Origin: a virus
Length of the DNA: 64,000 bases
Virus record (IMG/VR): IMGVR_UViG_3300045988_111815
Coordinates: 80,893-144,892 of that record
Direction: 5' to 3' (one strand)
In this document: positions 20,395-30,890 of the stretch, one piece after another
Layout: every line of letters begins with the position of its first letter
How positions within the stretch are numbered: position 1 is the stretch's first letter
Made by a program: the position numbers and the translations under genes
Notes under the pieces: generated by a model
Database searches by the model: none
What the model saw: only the letters and a program-made list of their open reading frames with translations
Told to the model about the DNA's origin: nothing

Positions 20395-20754
20395 ATGTAT
20401 CTTGTCCGATTTTTTTTATATATTTGTGGCATGGCAAGAGGTTATTATTGGATACCACAAACAGATGAAACGTTAAATGGCAGAAGCTATTACGTGGCTA
20501 AGATAGTAGGAGATATCACGTTTGATACTAAACGAAAAAGAATCGTATTTCAAGCTGATAGGTATTTCCCTGTAGGATCTGTTTTCCATTTTACGCACAA
20601 TTGCTTCAACTATATCATAACTTGCCGACTTCGTAAGCCGGGGCTTTGGTTTGAAGCCAGGAGAGAAGATTCAGGCTCTATTTGCCCTGAAGATATTGAG
20701 CGCTTTGAATCGGGAAGGTTTATACACCGAGATGGGTACATGCATTACATATAA
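20395..20754 (+). CDS. Hypothetical protein (119 aa)
   Basis: ORF only. Confidence 0.4.
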   Translation: MYLVRFFLYICGMARGYYWIPQTDETLNGRSYYVAKIVGDITFDTKRKRIVFQADRYFPVGSVFHFTHNCFNYIITCRLRKPGLWFEARREDSGSICPEDIERFESGRFIHRDGYMHYI

Positions 20755-20865
20755 GCTGAACTTGACGATTTTTCGTCAGATTATAATTTTTTTTCATATT
20801 ATTTTTAAGCCATCAGACTGAGAAGTTAGGTGGCTTTATTTTTTATGATATGCTTGATTTTTAAC

Positions 20866-20873
20866 TACCTTTG
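20866..20873 (+). promoter_or_regulatory. Bacteroides-type -7 box (TACCTTTG) for the 2140-aa gene
   Basis: TAnnTTTG lies 24 nt upstream of ATG 20897. A stem-loop plus T-run (AAGCCA…TGGCTT) lies upstream. Confidence 0.45.
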
Positions 20874-20896
20874 TCTCATAACAAAAATGTTTTACT

Positions 20897-23800
20897 ATGA
20901 CATCAACGTGTATTATTAAAAGAGATAATAAAAATAAAGTTGTTTCTGTCTCTACCAGATCAGGGGACAGGTCTATGTTGTTTGATAAAATAGCATCTAT
21001 TCCTCTTATGGAGAATAGGGAACGGGCTACTACTGTTTTTAAAACCGTATTTTCTAATAAGTTCTTAAAGGCTTTTGGTGACTGGAGAAGGAATGTGCCT
21101 ATCAACAAACAGGCTTACAATAAGGTAAAATCTAACATCGGCCTTATTCCAGAGACCTATAGAGAAAGGGTGCTGGATAAGGCTTCTAAGATGAGCAACC
21201 CTATTCTTGTGTCGAAATCAGATGCACCTTATGGGATTCAAGAATCAGGCTTTGGATTTTATAGCCAAGATCTGGGTGATAATATTATGTTGGTGGATGC
21301 TATGGTTCCGTCAAGTATCTCCGTGCCGGAAGAACCAGGAATAGACTCAGGGCAGTATCTACAAGATGCTATATCTTCGGACTTCACTCCCGTATCTATG
21401 GTACAGGATAATGATGTTAATTATATGGTTATAAAAGACGGTCTTAAGATATTTAGTCCAGAAGAGCTACCAGAAACAGATTCTAATCCTGTGGGTGTAA
21501 CGTATCAGACTGGAGAACCTCGTTTGTTTTTTATGAATGATCGTAATCAATTATTTGAAGATTACGGAGAAGCTCTTCGCTCTGGCGGGAATGATATCAG
21601 AATAGGATTCTTATCAGGCATCGTTCAAGAATCTACCGTGGATGGAGTGGCAGACATTACTTACAAGGCTGGAAAGTATGTTCTTAATAATCCCAAGTCT
21701 TTTATACCGGTCATGACCGCTTCTGCTTCTACTTCTTTATCAACAAAAGGCGGTATAATTAACTACCTTATAAAGAAAGGTCTTTTGTCCGGATCCAAGA
21801 TATTCGATCCGGAAACAAGAAGCTATTATATTACAGGAGAAGGACATACAGGACAAATTAGACTTTTCAATTCAGCCTTATCCTACACTGAGCTCCGTAA
21901 TCATTTTGGTTCCGATGTTTCCATGAACGACCAGGGTATGATAACCATAAATTCATTGGATAATAGTAAGGTAACTATGAGACTCGCCACCGGAGGAACA
22001 GAAAGAGTTAGCAAGGAGCAGATAAAGAGCGATCTTAAGTCTGGAAGATACAATGAATTGGATGCTAAATACGATCACTTTGATGCGCTTGTAGTTTCAT
22101 TTATATTAGAAGACAATGATCTTTATGCTGATACTAAAGCTAAGATAGTATCGGATTATAGCCAAGAGGAACGTAATCAACGAAATTCTATTGTTGAGAT
22201 ACTGAAAACGCTGGGCGTTAGTGTCGTTGGCATGACCGATTATATAGAGAAGTACCAAACTAAATACGGACACGAACCTTCTGCTAAGGCATTGGCGGAT
22301 ATTGCCAATAACGTAATAGCAGTCGGTGAAGATGCTACTTTGTCTGACTTAGTAGAAGAAACAGCACACTTTCTCGTAGAGGCGTACAGAGATCAGAATG
22401 CTGTTGAATCTGTTTTGCAAGATGTAGAAGGCACTGAAGAATGGAATCAGTATGCAGGTCAGTATTATAATACATACGGTAAGGTATATGAAGGCTCTGA
22501 ACTTGATAATGCTGTTAGGAGAGAAATTCTTGGAAAGATCCTCGCCAGGGAGATGCAGACCGGCACAGCACAGGCGCCGGTAGAGCCCACCTCCTTCCTG
22601 GGGCGCGTCCGGCAGCTTCTCTCTGGAATTGTAAACTGGCTTAAATCAGCTTTATCAACCCAAAGACAGGATTTGAATAACGTTATTAAAAATATTCGTG
22701 ATCTTGCTATTACCGACATAGATAAAGGATTTGATACTTCTCTGTTAAAGGATAATGATTTTACATTATACTCTCTTTCTTCTATGAACAAGAACAAGTT
22801 TCTTGAGTCTAAGATCAGATCACTAAGAAAAACCTTAAGAGACTTACGTCAGATAAGCTCTGATAGGGCTGTAACTACGTCTATGACTCTTGCTCAGCTT
22901 AAGACCATAGAAGATAAGATAAATAAAGTAGAGACCGAAATAGACAAGAATGAGATGGCGGCTGCCATGAACAGCATGATCTCCACAGCCGAAGCCCAGG
23001 TCAGATACTTAAGCAATGTGGTAAACACCATCCTTCATGGTGATACCAAAGACGGTAAGCTTCACTTCAATACCAATGATCGAAAGAACGTAGATATTAT
23101 CAACAATCAGGTTCTTCCGATCATGAACGATCTTCGAGGATATATCCGTAACAGAAGTACCGAATTTGATGAACGTGAAAAGCAGGATTATACAAATAGG
23201 ATCAATACCGTCATTGCCGACATTAATGGTATTCAATCTGATATTAAATCAGTACAAGACCTTGATGAAAGTACGTTGCTTGATAAGTTAATGAACGAAC
23301 TTCATGTGCCGGCAGATAAGGTAAAGAGAGTAAAAGAATTTTTTGACAAAGTTCAACATGATGTCTCTTGGATAAGTAGGTGGTTCGGTATATTAGAGCA
23401 TTCTTCCAGCCCGTTCAACAACGCTCTTGGAGCTATGATTGCCAAAGACAATTACAATGCGATGGTGAATGCCCAGCCCGCTATATCCGATTTTCTGGCA
23501 TATGTGAAAAAGCATGGTTTTAACAAATCTGAATTTGAAAAACTGCTTCAGAAAGTAGACGGCAAAACTTCCAATTACCTTCGTAGTGCTCTTGATATGG
23601 CTAAATACGATCGTAATAAGAAGCTGGCGCAGATGCGAGCGTTTGCGACTGCCATGAACATAGAGATATCAGAAGAAGAAATTGGTGATGTGGTTGACAA
23701 TAACCGTAATTACGTATTTAAAAGAGAAGTAGTTGACAAGGATGGAAATACGGTTACTGAAAACGCTAAATTTAAGCCATCGTCTGATAGGGTTAATACC

Positions 23801-26800
23801 GATATTTTTACCATCGAGCAGGAAAAGATCTATACGGAACAGATGGAAAAGTGGGATGCTGAAAATTCGGAACTGGAATTTAGCGAAAGTTATGCCACAA
23901 GAATGGAATCCATATACAAAAAGGCTGAAGAAGAATTAGGGCATCCGGTTTCTCAAACAACCAAAGAATACCTTAATGCTCTATCCAGGCAAAAACGGAT
24001 ATTGAGGCAGCCTTTTATTGATAGCGGTGGTAATTTTGATGAAGTTGCCTATTTTAAAAGCAGCAATTACGAAGAAGAAGGACTGCTTCGTAAACAACGT
24101 AAGGAAGCAGCTTCAGAATACATATATGTAGGAACCAGGAGAGTGGAAAAAACCGGCGACCAACTTAAGATGGCCAAAGAAATACAAGCTATAAATGAAG
24201 TTTGGAGAAAGGAATCAAATAATGTTACTAATGCCGTATCAGAATCGTTTTTGCAAAAATTGAGAACGATTCAGAACGAGTCGGGAGGAGAAGCTGCGCT
24301 GAAGACACTTATGTTGGGAGGTCACCTGTCATTTAATGATCGGTTTTGGAATGATGTAGAATCGGAACAGTCGGCACGTACCGAATCAAATAACAAGGCT
24401 TCGTATCTCAAAATGGCGCATGATATCATTAGTTCTACGACAAGTGATAGAGATGCGACTGACGTGGACTCGATTGTAAAAGATATAGAAAAAAATAAGG
24501 CCATTATCAAGGAAATAATCGGAAACAATCGCGATGTGGCTGATATCGGAGAAATTAACGAAGCGACATTTACCTCATCCGAAAGAGATGCTTTTAGGGC
24601 CGCATCTGAAGCTATTGAAGCCGATTACGCTATTTTGATAGATTATGCTAAGATGGTGGGTCTTGAAGATATTGATAAGTACCTTACTAAAAGCAGTAAG
24701 GCTGAAAACGAAGTAAATCAGTCTTATTTAAATGCTCTTGCTGACTCCAAGGAAGTGGAATGGAAGTTCGTACAACGTCATACTACGGCGAAGAAAGCAA
24801 AAAGGATTCAGGCTTTAAGGGATAAGCTGTTTAAGGCTGCTGATAACCGATATCTGTTTACCGTATCTGAAACCAATTACCTGTCAGAAAAGCTTGGTAT
24901 AAGCAAAGAATTAGACGGTAGAGATTTTAGGAATGCTGTTAATGCTAAGATGGCCAGCTTATTTTTAAATAATACAAGAGAGGAGGGCATAGAAGAGGCC
25001 AATGCTATTGTTAATGAATTTGCCAGGAGCCAGGTCTTTTCGTACTATAAACGCATGGCGCCTACCGGATATGCGGCTATGATCGACAAAATTGGTCGAG
25101 GTGAGATAGATGTGGCGCAGATGGTTAAGGACGTACAAAATGGTACATCCACCCAAGATTATGGCATGGACATATCGTACCTGTCTTTCGATCCTGCAAG
25201 GGCATGGGTGGCTGAATCTGAAGCCGAAAATAGCGGCCGTAATCCTGATTATGTAAAAGATCATGGGTATGGTCATCGAATGCCTAAGAAAAGCCTGTAT
25301 CGTGACGAATCGTATTTCAATGACTTTGGTATCAAGTATGATGCTGACGGTAATGAGGTTGCTACTAAAAACGTAGAGCAGTGGAATATGATTCAAAAGC
25401 TCAAAGAAATAAAAAGACAATCCCTTGATCTATATAAAGAGCAGAGTCCGAACCTGTATGCTATTCCACAGATATCCAAACAAGACATAGAACGTGTAGA
25501 AGGATTGGGTATTAACTTCAAAAATACAGTTCGTAATTTTGTATCAGATCTGTGCCTGGACAGAGTAGACGATTCTCTATACGGTAAAACCAGACAGGGG
25601 GAAGTATATGATCCTGAAGACAGGCTTAGGTCTATACCTAAATACTACATATATGAATTGGAGAACCAAGATGATGTATCTCACGATTTTGGCTACTCTT
25701 ATTCGATGCTTATGATGCAGTCATCGTTATACAACGAAAAGCAGAAATCTATAGAGCTTGCCCAAGGACTGGAGCAGATGTTGCTGAATAAGCAATTTGA
25801 GGGCGGTAAGAAAGCTGAAGCGACTCAAGCATATCAGATGTTTAGAGACTTCTTTAACGATCATTATTATGGCATTAGGATGAACACCAAAAAACTTACG
25901 GTGAACATCGGAGGATATACGGTAGACCTTACAAGAATTATGATGGCTGTTGAAAGATTTATGTCGGTCATGAACTTAGCGCTGTCCCCGTTTGTGGCAG
26001 CTACTGGCGCCTTAACAGGTCATATCAACCTCATCATGGAATCTGCCGTAGGACAGTATATAAGTAAAGATTCCCTTAAATACGCATCGGCTGAATTTTC
26101 ACGCCTTGCTCCATCTTGTATAGCAGAAACCGGAGACATAGATAGGAAAAGCAAATTATATGTCATAGGTGAGAGAATGGGGATATTCAATATCCGAAAT
26201 CGTATGTATGGTGCCGGATATAATAGAGTGGCCAGGACCTTAATGCGTTCACCTATGTATGCTTTTATGGAAATCCTGAACTACCCTCTTGATCCGCAGG
26301 TTATGATTGCTACTATGGACAATGTTCGTTATTACAAAGGTCGGTTCTACACGTTCCAAGATTTCAAGATGGAAAAAGAACGCAATAAAGAACAGAGTAC
26401 CATAAAAAGAGAATGGAATGCATTAAAAGATCGTACTTTATGGAGTATGGTAGACGTCGTGGATGGAAAGGTGGTTGTAAAGCCCGGATCAGGTGTTACT
26501 GTTGAGGAAGTTGAAACCCAGATGGCTATAACCAGGAATCAAGTCCGTAGCTTGTCGCAGATATGTAACGGATATTTGAATGAAGAAAACCGAACTGCCG
26601 CATCGCGCAACTGGATAGCCAGGTTCATGACCGCCCACCGAGGATGGTTGGTGCTGGCGGCTCAACGCCTGTGGAAAAGACGTGGCTTCAATTTCCAAAC
26701 AATGCAAGAAGAGGAAGGACTGTCAATTACGTTAAAGAATATGATAGCCAAAACATTTAGCTTAGCTTCCGAGTCTGGTATGAAAAACATCATAGATGCC

Positions 26801-27319
26801 TGGAACGAAAATAAAGACAATATGAATGAGGCAGAGAAAACCAATATAAAACGCCTCAGTGTCTATGCCGGCACGTTTCTTATCATGCAAGCCGTATCTA
26901 TGCTTCTTGCCGGATGGCGTGATGATGATGAAAACGAAGAAAGTTGGCTTACTCAATTTGGATCCTATGTCGGATTCAGAACCATAAACGAAATAGCTTC
27001 ACAGATGCCGTTTATTATGGAGCTTAACGTGGTAGATATCATTAACGATCCGTTTGTTATGGGGCGAAAACTGAAGGATCTTACCGATCTTAGGAATTAT
27101 TCACTTGATAAAGTAACATCCGGTACATACAAGGGAGAGTTTAAGTTATTTAGGCAACTCGCCAAACAGACGTTTATCAAACAATGGTATAATATCAAGA
27201 CGCCGGAAGACGTAGCGCGCGCCTATAATTGGTGGCAGCAGACGAACAACAAGTCAATGATGTTCTTCATTGGCGCCACTCCTGATTCGGAAGGAGACGA
27301 TGATGTTAGTTACAAATAG
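20897..27319 (+). CDS. Giant protein (2140 aa), candidate virion cargo protein or virion RNA polymerase
   Basis: 6.4-kb ORF. It is the last gene of the plus module, abutting the convergent replication module, which is the position of vRNAP/cargo genes in crAss-like phages. It contains KYDADGNE (approx 25334-25354), which only loosely resembles the DxDGD metal-binding motif of double-psi beta-barrel RNAPs. Confidence 0.75.
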   Translation: MTSTCIIKRDNKNKVVSVSTRSGDRSMLFDKIASIPLMENRERATTVFKTVFSNKFLKAFGDWRRNVPINKQAYNKVKSNIGLIPETYRERVLDKASKMSNPILVSKSDAPYGIQESGFGFYSQDLGDNIMLVDAMVPSSISVPEEPGIDSGQYLQDAISSDFTPVSMVQDNDVNYMVIKDGLKIFSPEELPETDSNPVGVTYQTGEPRLFFMNDRNQLFEDYGEALRSGGNDIRIGFLSGIVQESTVDGVADITYKAGKYVLNNPKSFIPVMTASASTSLSTKGGIINYLIKKGLLSGSKIFDPETRSYYITGEGHTGQIRLFNSALSYTELRNHFGSDVSMNDQGMITINSLDNSKVTMRLATGGTERVSKEQIKSDLKSGRYNELDAKYDHFDALVVSFILEDNDLYADTKAKIVSDYSQEERNQRNSIVEILKTLGVSVVGMTDYIEKYQTKYGHEPSAKALADIANNVIAVGEDATLSDLVEETAHFLVEAYRDQNAVESVLQDVEGTEEWNQYAGQYYNTYGKVYEGSELDNAVRREILGKILAREMQTGTAQAPVEPTSFLGRVRQLLSGIVNWLKSALSTQRQDLNNVIKNIRDLAITDIDKGFDTSLLKDNDFTLYSLSSMNKNKFLESKIRSLRKTLRDLRQISSDRAVTTSMTLAQLKTIEDKINKVETEIDKNEMAAAMNSMISTAEAQVRYLSNVVNTILHGDTKDGKLHFNTNDRKNVDIINNQVLPIMNDLRGYIRNRSTEFDEREKQDYTNRINTVIADINGIQSDIKSVQDLDESTLLDKLMNELHVPADKVKRVKEFFDKVQHDVSWISRWFGILEHSSSPFNNALGAMIAKDNYNAMVNAQPAISDFLAYVKKHGFNKSEFEKLLQKVDGKTSNYLRSALDMAKYDRNKKLAQMRAFATAMNIEISEEEIGDVVDNNRNYVFKREVVDKDGNTVTENAKFKPSSDRVNTDIFTIEQEKIYTEQMEKWDAENSELEFSESYATRMESIYKKAEEELGHPVSQTTKEYLNALSRQKRILRQPFIDSGGNFDEVAYFKSSNYEEEGLLRKQRKEAASEYIYVGTRRVEKTGDQLKMAKEIQAINEVWRKESNNVTNAVSESFLQKLRTIQNESGGEAALKTLMLGGHLSFNDRFWNDVESEQSARTESNNKASYLKMAHDIISSTTSDRDATDVDSIVKDIEKNKAIIKEIIGNNRDVADIGEINEATFTSSERDAFRAASEAIEADYAILIDYAKMVGLEDIDKYLTKSSKAENEVNQSYLNALADSKEVEWKFVQRHTTAKKAKRIQALRDKLFKAADNRYLFTVSETNYLSEKLGISKELDGRDFRNAVNAKMASLFLNNTREEGIEEANAIVNEFARSQVFSYYKRMAPTGYAAMIDKIGRGEIDVAQMVKDVQNGTSTQDYGMDISYLSFDPARAWVAESEAENSGRNPDYVKDHGYGHRMPKKSLYRDESYFNDFGIKYDADGNEVATKNVEQWNMIQKLKEIKRQSLDLYKEQSPNLYAIPQISKQDIERVEGLGINFKNTVRNFVSDLCLDRVDDSLYGKTRQGEVYDPEDRLRSIPKYYIYELENQDDVSHDFGYSYSMLMMQSSLYNEKQKSIELAQGLEQMLLNKQFEGGKKAEATQAYQMFRDFFNDHYYGIRMNTKKLTVNIGGYTVDLTRIMMAVERFMSVMNLALSPFVAATGALTGHINLIMESAVGQYISKDSLKYASAEFSRLAPSCIAETGDIDRKSKLYVIGERMGIFNIRNRMYGAGYNRVARTLMRSPMYAFMEILNYPLDPQVMIATMDNVRYYKGRFYTFQDFKMEKERNKEQSTIKREWNALKDRTLWSMVDVVDGKVVVKPGSGVTVEEVETQMAITRNQVRSLSQICNGYLNEENRTAASRNWIARFMTAHRGWLVLAAQRLWKRRGFNFQTMQEEEGLSITLKNMIAKTFSLASESGMKNIIDAWNENKDNMNEAEKTNIKRLSVYAGTFLIMQAVSMLLAGWRDDDENEESWLTQFGSYVGFRTINEIASQMPFIMELNVVDIINDPFVMGRKLKDLTDLRNYSLDKVTSGTYKGEFKLFRQLAKQTFIKQWYNIKTPEDVARAYNWWQQTNNKSMMFFIGATPDSEGDDDVSYK

Positions 27320-27455
27320 ACGAAGAATATCGGACTTGCATTGTTTTTGTATGATTCCAATATGCTATATTAGCATCGTCAAAGAGTAGATTGTACGTTT
27401 TTTGTTCTTACTTGAAAGATTATGTAGGTTTAATTTTTTCTGAAATTGTTTTCTT

Positions 27456-27498
27456 ACCGGTCCTCAGTCAGAGATGATAGAGAACCGGTTTCTTTTGT
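27456..27498 (+). terminator. Terminator for the plus-strand module
   Basis: ACCGGTCCTC…GAGAACCGGT (10-bp stem, one mismatch) followed by TTCTTTTGTT. Confidence 0.45.
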
Positions 27499-27502
27499 TA
27501 TG

Positions 27503-27523
27503 AAAAAAGGTATATAATTACCT
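27503..27523 (-). terminator. Terminator for the minus-strand module
   Basis: AGGTATATAATTACCT palindrome (27508-27523), followed on the minus strand by TTTTTT. Confidence 0.4.
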
Positions 27524-27529
27524 AAGTTT

Positions 27530-28018
27530 CTAAGCATTAACTTCATGACCTTCCCTATCTGTGAAAACTAAACCAATACCTTCTATAATATATCCTACTA
27601 CAGGAGCTTTGTCAAATTCCTCCTTCGTGGCCCAAGTGGCATTATCAGGCATCAGATCCTTAAATGCATCCGAAACATCACCTTGGCACCAGCAGTTATT
27701 TGATACAACAATGCCTTTCCCTTCGATATTGATATACATTTTTCTTCCACCGCATCCAAGGCAGTTCCATCCGTTTGGTACGTTTTTCACCATAGGCTTA
27801 AGCACCCAGCTTACACCGTCTATCCTAACCCATCCAGGATCGTCTTTGTGCTTGTCGTACAAGTTTTGCCAAAAAGAGCATTCGTAGCACCATCCCATGT
27901 CTTCCATGACAGTTCTTATCTCACACCTTTCAAATCCATCTGCATCCATCGTGTGCGGAGAATGAGGCTGGTGAGGGGTGCCACATTTTGGACATACGAG
28001 TTTTAAATTCTTTTCCAT
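27530..28018 (-). CDS. Hypothetical Cys/His-rich protein (162 aa)
   Basis: Several CxxC pairs (CPKCG…, CLGCGG…), suggesting zinc binding. Confidence 0.5.
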   Translation of the reverse strand: MEKNLKLVCPKCGTPHQPHSPHTMDADGFERCEIRTVMEDMGWCYECSFWQNLYDKHKDDPGWVRIDGVSWVLKPMVKNVPNGWNCLGCGGRKMYINIEGKGIVVSNNCWCQGDVSDAFKDLMPDNATWATKEEFDKAPVVGYIIEGIGLVFTDREGHEVNA

Positions 28019-28019
28019 A

Positions 28020-28235
28020 TTATTTAATTTTTACGATCTTAATAGAATCTCCGATATTGTATTCCCCTTGGTGTCCAACGAATTTTATGATTCTATTATG
28101 TTTAAATATTGAAATTCTTTCGTCTTCAGCATAATACATCACACGTCCACCCTGTAAAGGACGTAGATCATATATAACCCATCCGTCATTAACCTGATGA
28201 TTATTTGAACATGATGATAATACTAATGTCATCAA
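28020..28235 (-). CDS. Small putative lipoprotein (71 aa)
   Basis: N-terminus MMTLVLSSC has a lipobox-like LSSC. Confidence 0.35.
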   Translation of the reverse strand: MMTLVLSSCSNNHQVNDGWVIYDLRPLQGGRVMYYAEDERISIFKHNRIIKFVGHQGEYNIGDSIKIVKIK

Positions 28236-28448
28236 TAAAATAAAATACTTTATATTATTTTCAGCATAAAAATTTGTAACCTGGTTTTACAGCTTCCGCT
28301 TCTTCTCTCGTATCAAACATTAAGGTAGTGACAGCTCCTATTCCTTCACAAACGTAAGACACTTTCACCCACCACCTAAAAATCCCAGAGCCGTAATCAT
28401 CATAGTACGGCTCAGAAAGAATCTCCTCTACATACCCATCCAAATAAT

Positions 28449-29171
28449 TCATGATCGCTCCTCCTTGTTTTTAGATTCTGCTTCTTCGAGTATGCTGATC
28501 ACCTTGTCAACAATATCCGAATCAGACATTTTCTCAATAAAAACATCCATTGCCTTAGTTATGTCATTGGCTTCTTTTTCTTCAAGAGCTATTTCTCCAC
28601 CGGTAATAGCATCAGATAATGATGTAGATAAGTGTCTTATCTTATCAATGCTCATAAACGTAAATGGATTACCACCTTGACCCCCACCCATTTCTTTCAT
28701 GATCTGATATCCACCTGAGATAAGTCTGCCTGATGTCGTGGCCAAAGAGGATACGATTAGGGACAGTACCGCCGCTTCCGTCCGCTCCTCGGACACACCC
28801 CTCGACCACACGGCTGCCCTTATAGCGCCGGCCAGGTCGTCTATGTATGGCATGAGACAGTCTTCCATCGCTTGTGTTATGTCAGCAATAACCTCACTAC
28901 GTTCTTTATTTATGTAGTAGATAGAAGCATTGTACCTTTTTATCTCTTTGTCCATCTCATTTAAAAGACGCTTGATATTGTGCTTATACATAGGACTGGT
29001 TTTAATTACTTCCTTTAGCTTAAGAATGTAATTATAAGCCTGGTCGTTTACGAATAATGTCATGGTCTCAACCGTCGAATGAAGCGTGTTAAGACTGTTA
29101 AGAATCTTATCGAAATTATTTATCAAATAAGCTTTTCTGGCTTTTGCTGCGTAATTAATCATCGCATTCAA
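28449..29171 (-). CDS. Hypothetical protein (240 aa)
   Basis: ORF coupled to its neighbours. Confidence 0.5.
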   Translation of the reverse strand: MNAMINYAAKARKAYLINNFDKILNSLNTLHSTVETMTLFVNDQAYNYILKLKEVIKTSPMYKHNIKRLLNEMDKEIKRYNASIYYINKERSEVIADITQAMEDCLMPYIDDLAGAIRAAVWSRGVSEERTEAAVLSLIVSSLATTSGRLISGGYQIMKEMGGGQGGNPFTFMSIDKIRHLSTSLSDAITGGEIALEEKEANDITKAMDVFIEKMSDSDIVDKVISILEEAESKNKEERS

Positions 29172-29685
29172 ATTTTAGATTTTCAAGTTCATTCAATTGT
29201 TTCTTAATAGATTCGATCAGGTGCGCTCTCCGTTCCTCTGCATGTTTTAAAGCTTCTTCTTTGCTCTCAAAAGCATCCCTTCCTATTTCATAAGGAGTGA
29301 ACCTATCAGGAATGTCAGCTAACAAAAGACCACCATACTCTTCTATTTTAGCTTTTACTTTTCTTATTATACCGTCTCTCAGGCACGCATCCGTAACCCA
29401 TATAAATCTATCACATTCTTCTAATTCCCTTTCGTACAATTCATACCATTTCGGCTTAGGGAATCTTAATGTGAATCTAATTTCGGTATCTTTCTCTAAG
29501 ACATTAATATCATACGCCTCCGGCCACAGTTCTTTTATACTGTCTTCGTCTTCAGCATACGCCACCAATACAAATGAATTACTGGATTCTGCGCTACACC
29601 AATACGGGTATTTTATAGGCCATTTGACTGGACGGTAATCATTGTCACAGTCATCCTTTCTAATGTGAAATCTTGCTCTGATCAT
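29155..29685 (-). CDS. Hypothetical protein (176 aa)
   Basis: ORF only. Confidence 0.5.
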   Translation of the reverse strand: MIRARFHIRKDDCDNDYRPVKWPIKYPYWCSAESSNSFVLVAYAEDEDSIKELWPEAYDINVLEKDTEIRFTLRFPKPKWYELYERELEECDRFIWVTDACLRDGIIRKVKAKIEEYGGLLLADIPDRFTPYEIGRDAFESKEEALKHAEERRAHLIESIKKQLNELENLKFECDD

Positions 29686-29686
29686 A

Positions 29687-29995
29687 TTATTCTACTTTTT
29701 TGATTTCGCTCAAATCGTCTTCATACACCAAATAAGATCCTCTTCCAGGTCTTCCTTCTTTATTGGGTGCCTGGATCGTAAATATAACTGTTCCAGTACT
29801 CATGATTTGAACGCTCTTGAAGAAACCAACAAGAGATTCTTTCGAACGTTTGTAAAGAACGCTCACTTTATCTCCCTTCTTGAATCCATAAACAGAATCG
29901 AAATAATCCTTTTTAATTCTTTCAATATTACTTCTGTGTTTGTCCATTGCTTCAAACTCGTCGTCTAACAGACGAATCATTTGTTCTTTTGTCAT
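29687..29995 (-). CDS. Hypothetical protein (102 aa)
   Basis: ORF only. Confidence 0.45.
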   Translation of the reverse strand: MTKEQMIRLLDDEFEAMDKHRSNIERIKKDYFDSVYGFKKGDKVSVLYKRSKESLVGFFKSVQIMSTGTVIFTIQAPNKEGRPGRGSYLVYEDDLSEIKKVE

Positions 29996-30549
29996 TCCTT
30001 TTCCTCCTTATTCAATGGTATTAATCCTTTTCCGTGCTTATCATACCACAGCATAGCTATACAATTCCACGCACATTGTGCAAGATGAAAACACCCTGTA
30101 TCTGAGTCTATTCTTTCTCCTTTCATGTATTCCATTAGGTGTCGAAATATTGCAGCACGATACCGTTCAATGCCATTGTCAAGATTCTGCCAAGTATTAG
30201 GACCGTACTTTTTGGCTCCGGCATGATAGACTTTTACAATGTCCTCAATCTCTTCCATTGGAAGCAAATCCCATCGTAGTTTATCATCAATGATGTCATT
30301 TTTCACCGATTTGTTTTCTATGGGGTCTTTGGTAAGAATAATATCCATAATATCCGTTTCTATGACGAACGTCTCCCCATTGCAACAAACCTCAGCATAT
30401 TTATCATTTACTTCTATGTCTGATACTGCCTCCGCTATAGCTCCTTTGACGATTTTAAATTCGGCACTGATTATATCATCTTTTAATATGCGAAAAATAG
30501 ATCCTTTTGGATAAAGGATATTTTTAGTATTATCATCCATCTTTTCCAT
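29992..30549 (-). CDS. Protein with a dATP/dGTP diphosphohydrolase-like N-terminal-type domain (185 aa)
   Basis: KKYGPNTWQN…ERYRAAIFRHL…GERIDSDTGCFHLAQCAWNCIAMLWY resembles, from memory, the conserved KYG..NW…RY…RH…GE.D.E.G.HL.H pattern of that phage family. Confidence 0.4.
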   Translation of the reverse strand: MEKMDDNTKNILYPKGSIFRILKDDIISAEFKIVKGAIAEAVSDIEVNDKYAEVCCNGETFVIETDIMDIILTKDPIENKSVKNDIIDDKLRWDLLPMEEIEDIVKVYHAGAKKYGPNTWQNLDNGIERYRAAIFRHLMEYMKGERIDSDTGCFHLAQCAWNCIAMLWYDKHGKGLIPLNKEEKE

Positions 30550-30601
30550 TGCTTTATCGTTGTTTTACCTCATTTCGATAGTAATATAATCCATCTTCGT
30601 C

Positions 30602-30889
30602 TTATACCCTATCATTTCTGTTTTTCTCAAAATACTGTCTTACGGCTTCAATCGCCTTATCGTCATCAAAAGCCTCTACAAACCCCTCATAGAATCTATT
30701 TCGCTCCATAGAGAACGTATTGCTTCCATCCGGAATGGTTCTGAACACAACTACCTTCTCTCCATCTACGTTCGTTCCTATGATGTTGTTATGGAGAATA
30801 ATAGAATACCGCCCAGAGTTTTTGTTCTGGACGACACTATGTTCGAGATTGTAGAGTCTAAGTAGTTCTCTTATTTCTTTTACTCCCAT
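30602..30889 (-). CDS. Hypothetical protein (95 aa)
   Basis: ORF only. Confidence 0.4.
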   Translation of the reverse strand: MGVKEIRELLRLYNLEHSVVQNKNSGRYSIILHNNIIGTNVDGEKVVVFRTIPDGSNTFSMERNRFYEGFVEAFDDDKAIEAVRQYFEKNRNDRV

Positions 30890-30890
30890 A

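Noticed and set aside
25334-25354. Declaring the 2140-aa protein the virion RNAP on the basis of KYDADGNE
   Set aside because: The third metal-binding Asp is Asn. It is a single short, AT-biased match, so the protein is not annotated as an RNAP.
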